NCBI GenBank assembly: GCA_002189035.1
Contig: NEEC01000152.1
Coordinates: 1-35,480, forward strand
Origin: Utricularia gibba
Taxonomy: Eukaryota; Plantae; Magnoliophyta
Direction: 5' to 3'
Length of the DNA: 35,480 bases
The position numbers and the translations under genes were made by a program. Positions 22,345 to 33,100 of the stretch are shown here, in pieces (position 1 is the stretch's first letter; each line of letters opens with the position of its first letter). The notes below the pieces were generated by a model, which did no database searches, was not told where the DNA came from, and saw only the letters and a program-made list of their open reading frames with translations.

Positions 22345-25300
22345 TCATGTGGGGTGCACGTGACATCATAATTTAAACAAATGGATCATTTTTTTTAATC
22401 GATTTGCATCCAGTTGACCTCATGAGCCATACAGAATCGGGGTCAAGGACCAAGTTCCCAGCGAGACTGGCCGCCACAAAACGAGAAGCGGTTCCTTGAA
22501 AAACCATGTAGGCAGCCCCCGAAAACCGAACGATAATAAATACATCACTTTATTTGCCGGACTACAACTAACTCTCGGTGCAAGCCAAACCTTACCTTTG
22601 TCCCGTTCCAGGTGCACCCAAAGACCGCCTGCTCAAGTATAAAGTAAGTTGTTGAAAAAATCATGTGGGGTGCACGTGATATCGCAATTTAAACAAATGC
22701 AACATTGTATTCATCGATTTGCATCCTTTGTCCTCATGAGCCATAAAGAATCGCGGGCCCGGACCAAGTTCCTAGCGAGACTGGCCGCCACAAAACGAGA
22801 AGCTGTTCCTTGAAAAACCATGTAGGCAACACCGAAAACCGAACGTTAATAAATACATCACTTTCTTTGCCGGGCTACAACTTACTTTGGGCCAAGGCCT
22901 AAGCTGATCTTTTTTCCGGTTCCAAGTGCACCCAAAGACCGCCTTCTCAAGTATAAAGTAAGTTGTTGAAAAAATCATGTGGGGTGCACGTGACATCATA
23001 ATTTAAACAAATGGATCATTTTTTTTAATCGATTTGCATCCAGTTGACCTCATGAGCCATACAGAATCGGGGTCAAGGACCAAGTTCCCAGCGAGACTGG
23101 CCGCCACAAAACGAGAAGCGGTTCCTCGAAAAACCATGTAGGCAGCCCCCGAAAACCGAACGATAATAAATACATCACTTTATTTGCCGGACTACAACTA
23201 ACTCTCGGTGCAAGCCAAACCTTACCTTTGTCCCGTTCCAGGTGCACCCAAAGACCGCCTGCTCAAGTATAAAGTAAGTTGTTGAAAAAATCATGTGGGG
23301 TGCACGTGATATCGCAATTTAAACAAATGCAACATTGTATTCATCGATTTGCATCCTTTTGTCCTCATGAGCCATAAAGAATCGCGGGCCCGGACCAAGT
23401 TCCTAGCGAGACTGGCCGCCACAAAACGAGAAGCTGTTCCTTGAAAAACCATGTAGGCAACACCGAAAACCGAACGTTAATAAATACATCACTTTCTTTG
23501 CCGGGCTACAACTTACTTTGGGCCAAGGCCTAAGCTGATCTTTTTCCGGTTCCAAGTGCACCCAAAGACCGCCTTCTCAAGTATAAAGTAAGTTGTTGAA
23601 AAAATCATGTGGGGTGCACGTGACATCATAATTTAAACAAATGGATCATTTTTTTTAATCGATTTGCATCCAGTTGACCTCATGAGCCATACAGAATCGG
23701 GGTCAAGGACCAAGTTCCCAGCGAGACTGGCCGCCACAAAACGAGAAGCGGTTCCTTGAAAAACCATGTAGGCAGCCCCGAAAACCGAACGATAATAAAC
23801 ATCACTTTATTTGCCGGACTACAACTAACTTCGGGCAAGCCAAACCTACCTTTTCCGTTCCAGGTGCCCCAAAGACCGCCTCTCAAGTATAAAGTAAGTT
23901 GTTGAAAAAATCATGTGGGGTGCACGTGATATCGCAATTTAAACAAATGCAACATTGTATTCATCGATTTGCATCCTTTTGTCCTCATGAGCCATAAAGA
24001 ATCGCGGCCCGGACCAAGTTCCTAGCGAGACTGGCCGCCACAAAACGAGAAGCTGTTCCTTGAAAAACCATGTAGGCAACACCGAAAACCGAACGTTAAT
24101 AAATACATCACTTTCTTTGCCGGGCTACAACTTACTTTGGGCCAAGGCCTAAGCTGATCTTTTTCCGGTTCCAAGTGCACCCAAAGACCGCCTTCTCAAG
24201 TATAAAGTAAGTTGTTGAAAAAATCATGTGGGGTGCACGTGACATCATAATTTAAACAAATGGATCATTTTTTTAATCGATTTGCATCCAGTTGACCTCA
24301 TGAGCCATACAGAATCGGGTCAAGGACCAAGTTCCCAGCGAGACTGGCCGCCACAAAACGAGAAGCGGTTCCTTGAAAAACCATGTAGGCAGCCCCGAAA
24401 ACCGAACGATAATAAATACATCACTTTATTTGCCGGACTACAACTACTCTCGTGCAAGCCAAACCTTACCTTTGTCCCGTTCCAGGTGCACCCAAAGACC
24501 GCCTGCTCAAGTATAAAGTAAGTTGTTGAAAAAATCATGTGGGGTGCACGTGATATCGCAATTTAAACAAATGCAACATTGTATTCATCGATTTGCATCC
24601 TTTTGTCCTCATGAGCCATAAAGAATCGCGGGCCCGGACCAAGTTCCTAGCGAGACTGGCCGCCACAAAACGAGAAGCTGTTCCTTGAAAAACATGTAGG
24701 CAACACCGAAAACCGAACGTTAATAAATACATCACTTTCTTTGCCGGGCTACAACTTACTTTGGGCAACACATAAAAACGAAAAGGACCGAACGTTGGCA
24801 CATAAATACAAGTCACGTTTCTTTGCAACGTATTCATCGGCATCCTTTTGTCCTCATGAGCCATACTTACTTTGGGAGCCAAGAACGCATCACTTTCTTT
24901 GCCGGGCTACAACTTACTTTGGGCAAGCCTAAGCTGATCTTTTTCCGGTTCCAAGTGCACCCAAGACCGCCTTCTCAAGTATAAAGTATGTTGTTAAAAA
25001 AATCATGTGGGGTGCACGTGACATCGTAATTTAAACAAATGCATCATTTTTTTTAATCGATTTGCATCCAGTTGACCTCATGAGCCATACAGAATCGGGG
25101 TCAAGGACCAAGTTCCCAGCGAGACTGGCCGCCACAAAACGAGAAGCGGTTCCTTGAAAAACCATGTAGGCAGCCCCGAAAACCGAACGATAATAAATAC
25201 ATCACTTTATTTGCCGGACTACAACTAAGGGCAAGCCAAACCTTACCTTTTGTCCGTTCCAGTGCACCCAAAGACCGCCTGCTCAAGTATAAAGTAAGTT

Positions 25301-26237
25301 GTTGAAAAAATCATGTGGGGTGCACGTGATATCGCAATTTAAACAAATGCAACATTGTATTCATCGATTTGCATCCTTTTGTCCTCATGAGCCATAAAGA
25401 ATCGCGGGCCCGGACCAAGTTCCTAGCGAGACTGGCCGCCACAAACGAGAAGCTGTTCCTTGAAAAACCATGTAGGCAACACCGAAAACCGAACGTTAAT
25501 AAATACATCACTTTCTTTGCCGGGCTACAACTTACTTTGGCCAAGGCCTAAGCTGATCTTTTCCCGGTTCCAAGTGCCCCAAGACCGCCTTCTCAAGTAT
25601 AAAGTAAGTTGTTGAAAAAATCATGTGGGGTGCACGTGACATCGTAATTTAAACAAATGGATCATTTTTTTTAATCGATTTGCATCCAGTTGACCTCATG
25701 AGCCATACAGAATCGGGGTCAAGGACCAAGTTCCCAGCGAGACTGGCCGCCACAAAACGAGAAGCGGTTCCTTGAAAAACCATGTAGGCAGCCCCCGAAA
25801 ACCGAACGATAATAAATACATCACTTTATTTGCCGGACTACAACTTACTTTGGGCAAGCCTAAGCTGACCTTTTTCCGTTCCAAGTGCACCCAAGACCGC
25901 CTGCTCAAGTATAAAGTAAGTTGTTGAAAAAAATCATGTGGGGTGCACGTGATATCGCAATTTAAACAAATGCAACATTGTATTCATCGATTTGCATCCT
26001 TTTGTCCTCATGAGCCATAAAGAATCCGGACCAAGTTCCTAGCGAGACTGGCCGCCACAAAACGAGAAGCTGTTCCTTGAAAAACCATGTAGGCAACACC
26101 GAAAACCGAACGTTAATAAATACATCACTTTCTTTGCCGGGCTACAACTTACTTTGGGCCAAGGCCTAAGCTGACCTTTTTCCGGTTCCAAGTGCCCCAA
26201 GACCGCCTCCTCATGTATAAAGTATGTTGTTAAAAAA

Positions 26238-27158
26238 TCATGTGGGGTGCACGTGACATCGTAATTTAAACAAATGCATCATTTTTTTAATCGATTTGCA
26301 TCCAGTTGACCTCATGAGCCATACAGAATCGGGTCAAGGACCAAGTTCCCAGCGAGACTGGCCGCCACAAAACGAGAAGCTGTTCCTTGAAAAACCATGT
26401 AGGCAACACCGAAAACCGAACGTTAATAAATACATCACTTTCTTTGCCGGGCTACAACTTACTTTGGGCAAGCCTAAGCTGATCTTTTTCCGTTCCAAGT
26501 GCACCCAAAGACCGCCTCCTCAAGTATAAAGTAAGTTGTTGAAAAAATCATGTGGGGTGCACGTGACATCAATTTAAACAAATGCATTTTTTTTAATCGA
26601 TTTGCATCCAGTTGACCTCATGAGCCATAAGAATCGGGGACCAAGTTCCCAGCGAGACTGGCCGCCACAAAACGAGAAGCTGTTCCTTGAAAAACCATGT
26701 AGGCAACCCCGAAAACCGAACGTTAATAAATACATCACTTTCTTTGCCGGCTACAACTTACTTTGGGCCAAGGCCTAAGCTGATCTTTTTCCGGTTCCAA
26801 GTGCCCCCCAAGACCGCCTCCTCAGTATAAAGTAGTTGTTAAAAAAATCATGTGGGTGCACGTGACATCGCAATTTAAACAAATGCAATCATTTTTTTTA
26901 ATCGATTTGCATCCTTTTGACCTCATGAGCCATAAGAATCGGGTCAAGGACCAAGTTCCCAGCGAGACTGGCCGCCACAAAACGAGAAGCGTTCCTTGAA
27001 AAACCATGTAGGCAACACCGAAAACCGAACGTTAATAAATACATCACTTTCTTTGCCGGGCTACAACTTACTTTGGGCCAAGGCCTAAGCTGACCTTTTC
27101 CGGTTCCAAGTGCACCCAAAGACCGCCTCCTCAAGTATAAAGTAAGTTGTTGAAAAAA
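26238..27158 (+). repeat. Three consecutive A/B-hybrid monomers (A-like head, B-like tail) interrupting the alternation
   Basis: Monomers starting at 26238, 26548 and 26848 combine GACATC, TTGACC and CCCAG (A) with GGCAAC, GTTAAT and AACTTACTTTGG (B). Confidence 0.8.
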
Positions 27159-30100
27159 TCATGTGGGGTGCACGTGACATCATAATTTAAACAAATGCAT
27201 CATTTTTTTTAATCGATTTGCATCCAGTTGACCTCATGAGCCATACAGAATCGGGTCAAGGACCAAGTTCCCAGCGAGACTGGCCGCCACAAAACGAGAA
27301 GCGGTTCCTTGAAAAACCATGTAGGCAGCCCCGAAAACCGAACGATAATAAATACATCACTTTATTTGCCGGACTACAACTAACTTTGGGCAAGCCTAAG
27401 CTACCTTTTTCCGTTCCAAGTGCCCCCAAGACCGCCTCTCAAGTATAAAGTAAGTTGTTAAAAAAATCATGTGGGGTGCACGTGATATCGCAATTTAAAC
27501 AAATGCACATTTTTTTCATCGATTTGCATCCTTTTGTCCTCATGAGCCATAAAGAATCGGGCCCGGACCAAGTTCCTAGCGAGACTGGCCGCCACAAAAC
27601 GAGAAGCTGTTCCTTGAAAAACCATGTAGGCAACACCGAAAACCGAACGTTAATAAATACATCACTTTCTTTGCCGGGCTACAACTTACTTTGGGCCAAG
27701 GCCTAAGCTGATCTTTTTCCGGTTCCAAGTGCACCCAAAGACCGCCTTCTCAAGTATAAAGTAAGTTGTTGAAAAAATCATGTGGGGTGCACGTGACATC
27801 ATAATTTAAACAAATGGATCATTTTTTTTAATCGATTTGCATCCAGTTGACCTCATGAGCCATACAGAATCGGGGTCAAGGACCAAGTTCCCAGCGAGAC
27901 TGGCCGCCACAAAACGAGAAGCGGTTCCTTGAAAAACCATGTAGGCAGCCCCGAAAACCGAACGATAATAATACATCACTTATTTGCCGGACTACAACTA
28001 ACTCTCGGCAAGCCAAACCTTACTTTGTCCGTTCCAGGTGCACCCAAAGACCGCCTCTCAAGTATAAAGTAAGTTGTTGAAAAAATCATGTGGGGTGCAC
28101 GTGATATCGTAATTTAAACAAATGCAACATTGTATTCATCGATTTGCATCCTTTTGTCTCATGAGCCATAAAGAATCGCGGGCCCGGACCAAGTTCCTAG
28201 CGAGACTGGCCGCCACAAAACGAGAAGCTGTTCCTTGAAAAACCATGTAGGCAACACCGAAAACCGAACGTTAATAAATACATCACTTTCTTTGCCGGGC
28301 TACAACTTACTTTGGGCAAGGCCTAAGCTGATCTTTTTCCGGTTCCAAGTGCACCCAAAGACCGCCTTCTCAAGTATAAAGTAAGTTGTTGAAAAATCAT
28401 GTGGGGTGCACGTGACATCATAATTTAAACAAATGGATCATTTTTTTTAATCGATTTGCATCCAGTTGACCTCATGAGCCATACAGAATCGGGGTCAAGG
28501 ACCAAGTTCCAGCGAGACTGGCCGCCACAAAACGAGAAGCGGTTCCTTGAAAAACCATGTAGGCAGCCCCCGAAAACCGAACGATAATAAATACATCACT
28601 TTATTTGCCGGACTACAACTAACTCTCGGTGCAAGCCAAACTTACCTTTGTCCGGTTCCAGGTGCACCCAAAGACCGCCTGCTCAAGTATAAAGTAAGTT
28701 GTTGAAAAAATCATGTGGGGTGCACGTGATATCGCAATTTAAACAAATGCAACATTGTATTCATCGATTTGCATCCTTTTGTCCTCATGAGCCATAAAGA
28801 ATCGCGGGCCGGACCAAGTTCCTAGCGAGACTGGCCGCCACAAAACGAGAAGCTGTTCCTTGAAAAACCATGTAGGCAACACCGAAAACCGAACGTTAAT
28901 AAATACATCACTTTCTTTGCCGGGCTACAACTTACTTTGGGCCAAGGCCTAAGCTGATCTTTTTCCGGTTCCAAGTGCACCCAAAGACCGCCTTCTCAAG
29001 TATAAAAGTAAGTTGTTGAAAAAATCATGTGGGGTGCACGTGACATCATAATTTAAACAAATGGATCATTTTTTTTAATCGATTTGCATCCAGTTGACCT
29101 CATGAGCCATACAGAATCGGGGTCAGGACCAAGTTCCCAGCGAGACTGGCCGCCACAAACGAGAAGCGGTTCCTTGAAAAACCATGTAGGCAGCCCCCGA
29201 AAACCGAACGATAATAAATACATCACTTTATTTGCCGGACTACAACTTACTTTGGCAAGGCCTAAGCTGACCTTTTTCCGGTTCCAAGTGCCCCCAAGAC
29301 CGCCTCTCATGTATAAAGTAAGTTGTTAAAAAAATGTGGGGTGCACGTGACATCGTAATTTAAACAAATGCATCATTTTTTTTAATCGATTTGCATCCGT
29401 TGACCTCATGAGCCATACAGAATCGGGGTCAAGGACCAAGTTCCGCGAGACTGGCCGCCACAAACGAGAAGCGGTTCCTTGAAAAACCATGTAGGCACCC
29501 CCGAAAACCGAACGATAATAATACATCACTTTATTTGCCGGACTACAACGGGCAAGCCAAACCTTACCTTTTCCGTTCGTGCACCCAAAGACCGCCTGCT
29601 CAAGTATAAAGTAAGTTGTTGAAAAAATCATGTGGGGTGCACGTGATATCGCAATTTAAACAAATGCAACATTGTATTCATCGATTTGCATCCTTTTGTC
29701 CTCATGAGCCATAAAGAATCGCGGGCCACCAAGTTCCTAGCGAGACTGGCCGCCACAAAACGAGAAGCTGTTCCTTGAAAAACCATGTAGGCAACACCGA
29801 AAACCGAACGTTAATAAATACATCACTTTCTTTGCCGGGCTACAACTTACTTTGGGCCAAGGCCTAAGCTGATCTTTTTCCGGTTCCAAGTGCACCAAAG
29901 ACGCCTTCTCAAGTATAAAGTAAGTTGTTGAAAAAATCATGTGGGGTGCACGTGACATCATAATTTAAACAAATGGATCATTTTTTTTAATCGATTTGCA
30001 TCCAGTTGACCTCATGAGCCATACAGAATCGGGGTCAAGGACCAAGTTCCAGCGAGACTGGCCGCCAAAAACGAGAAGCGGTTCCTTGAAAACCATGTAG

Positions 30101-33100
30101 GCAGCCCCCGAAAACCGAACGATAATAAATACATCACTTTATTTGCCGGACTACAACTTACTTTGGGCAAGGCCAAGCTGACCTTTCCGGTCCAAGTGCC
30201 CCCAAGACCGCCTCCTCAAGTATAAAGTAAGTTGTTAAAAAATCATGTGGGGTGCACGTGATATCGCAATTTAAACAAATGCATCATTTTTTTTAATCGA
30301 TTTGCATCCTTTGTCCTCATGAGCCATAAAGAATCGCGGGCCCGGACCAAGTTCCTAGCGAGACTGGCCGCCACAAAACGAGAAGCTGTTCCTTGAAAAA
30401 CCATGTAGGCAACACCGAAAACCGAACGTTAATAAATACATCACTTTCTTTGCCGGGCTACAACTTACTTTGGGCAAGGCCTAAGCTGATCTTTTTCCGG
30501 TTCCAAGTGCCCCCAAGACCGCCTTCTCAAGTATAAAGTATGTTGTTAAAAAATCATGTGGGGTGCACGTGACATCGTAATTTAAACAAATGCATCATTT
30601 TTTTTAATCGATTTGCATCCAGTTGACCTCATGAGCCATACAGAATCGGGGTCAAGGACCAAGTTCCCAGCGAGACTGGCCGCCACAAAACGAGAAGCGG
30701 TTCCTTGAAAAACCATGTAGGCAGCCCCCGAAAACCGAACGATAATAAATACATCACTTTATTTGCCGGACTACAACTACTTTGGCCAAGCCAAGCTTAC
30801 CTTTTTCCGTTCCAGTGCCCCCAAAGACCGCCTCCTCAAGTATAAAGTAAGTTGTTGAAAAAATCATGTGGGGTGCACGTGATATCGTAATTTAAACAAA
30901 TGCATCATTTTTTTTAATCGATTTGCATCCTTTTGTCCTCATGAGCCATAAAGAATCGCGGGCCCGGACCAAGTTCCTAGCGAGACTGGCCGCCACAAAA
31001 CGAGAAGCTGTTCCTTGAAAAACCATGTAGGCAACACCGAAAACCGAACGTTAATAAATACATCACTTTTTTGCCGGGCTACAACTTACTTTGGGCCAAG
31101 GCCTAAGCTGATCTTTTTCCGGTTCCAAGTGCACCCAAAGACCGCCTTCTCAAGTATAAAGTAAGTTGTTGAAAAAATCATGTGGGGTGCACGTGACATC
31201 ATAATTTAAACAAATGGATCATTTTTTTTAATCGATTTGCATCCAGTTGACCTCATGAGCCATACAGAATCGGGGTCAAGGACCAAGTTCCCAGCGAGAC
31301 TGGCCGCCACAAAGAGAAGCGGTTCCTTGAAAAACCATGTAGGCAGCCCCCGAAAACCGAACGATAATAAATACATCACTTTATTTGCCGGACTACAACT
31401 AACTCTCGTGCAAGCCAAACCTTACCTTTGTCCCGTTCCAGGTGCACCCAAAAGACGCCGCTCAAGTATAAAGTAAGTTGTTGAAAAAATCATGTGGGGT
31501 GCACGTGATATCGCAATTTAAACAAATGCAACATTGTATTCATCGATTTGCATCCTTTTGTCCTCATGAGCCATAAAGAATCGCGGGCCCGGACCAAGTT
31601 CCTAGCGAGACTGGCCGCCACAAAACGAGAAGCTGTTCCTTGAAAAAACCATGTAGGCAACACCGAAAACCGAACGTTAATAAATACATCACTTTCTTTG
31701 CCGGGCTACAACTTACTTTGGGCCAAGGCCTAAGCTGATCTTTTTCCGGTTCCAAGTGCACCCAAAGACGCCTTCTCAAGTATAATAAGTTGTTGAAAAA
31801 ATCATGTGGGGTGCACGTGACATCATAATTTAAACAAATGGATCATTTTTTTTAATCGATTTGCATCCAGTTGACCTCATGAGCCATACAGAATCGGGGT
31901 CAAGGACCAAGTTCCCAGCGAGACTGGCCGCCACAAAACGAGAAGCGGTTCCTTGAAAAACCATGTAGGCAGCCCCCGAAAACCGAACGATAATAATACA
32001 TCACTTATTTGCCGGACTACAACTAACTCTCGATGCAAGCCAAACCTTACTTTGTCCGTTCCAGGTGCACCCAAAGACCGCCTTCTCAAGTATAAAGTAA
32101 GTTGTTGAAAAAATCATGTGGGGTGCACGTGATATCGCAATTTAAACAATGCAACATTGTATTCATCGATTTGCATCCTTTTGTCCTCATGAGCCATAAA
32201 GAATCGCGGGCCCGGACCAAGTTCCTAGCGAGACTGGCCGCCACAAAACGAGAAGCTGTTCCTTGAAAAACCATGTAGGCAACACGAAAACCGAACGTTA
32301 ATAAATACATCACTTTCTTTGCCGGGCTACAACTTACTTTGGGCCAAGGCCTAAGCTGATCTTTTTCCGGTTCCAAGTGCACCCAAAGACCGCCTTCTCA
32401 AGTATAAAGTAAGTTGTTGAAAAAATCATGTGGGGTGCACGTGACATCATAATTTAAACAAATGGATCATTTTTTTTAATCGATTTGCATCCAGTTGACC
32501 TCATGAGCCATACAGAATCGGGGTCAAGGACCAAGTTCCAGCGAGACTGGCCGCCAAAACGAGAAGCGGTTCCTTGAAAAACCATGTAGGCAGCCCCCGA
32601 AAACCGAACGATAATAAATACATCACTTTATTTGCCGGACTACAACTAACTCTCGGCAAGCCAAACTTACCTTTGTCCGTTCCAGGTGCACCCAAAGACC
32701 GCCTGCTCAAGTATAAAGTAAGTTGTTGAAAAAATCATGTGGGGTGCACGTGATATCGCAATTTAAACAAATGCAACATTGTATTCATCGATTTGCATCC
32801 TTTTGTCCTCATGAGCCATAAAGAATCGCGGGGCCCGGACCAAGTTCCTAGCGAGACTGGCCGCCACAAAACGAGAAGCTGTTCCTTGAAAAACCATGTA
32901 GGCAACACGAAAACCGAACGTTAATAAATACATCACTTTCTTTGCCGGGGCTACAACTTACTTTGGGCCAAGGCCTAAGCTGATCTTTTTCCGGTTCCAA
33001 GTGCACCCAAAGACCGCCTCTCAAGTATAAAGTAAGTTGTTGAAAAAATCATGTGGGGTGCACGTGACATCATAATTTAAACAAATGGATCATTTTTTTT

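Larger units (their letters stand above)
21401..23604 (+). repeat. Highly homogeneous block of 3.5 HOR units
   Basis: Seven consecutive monomers at exact 314/316-bp spacing. I see only about three deviations from consensus: one T lost near 22729, one T gained near 22915, and T>C at 23127. Confidence 0.9.

Noticed and set aside
24765-24890. Apparently unique insertion
   Set aside because: On inspection it is degenerate satellite (CCGAACGTT, ATAAATAC, TTTCTTTGC, CATCCTTTTGTCCTCATGAGCCAT), not foreign DNA.
31178-32426. Shorter 624-bp HOR variant
   Set aside because: The deficit comes from scattered 1-3-bp deletions at different positions in each unit, mostly in homopolymers, consistent with long-read deletion bias rather than a fixed variant.
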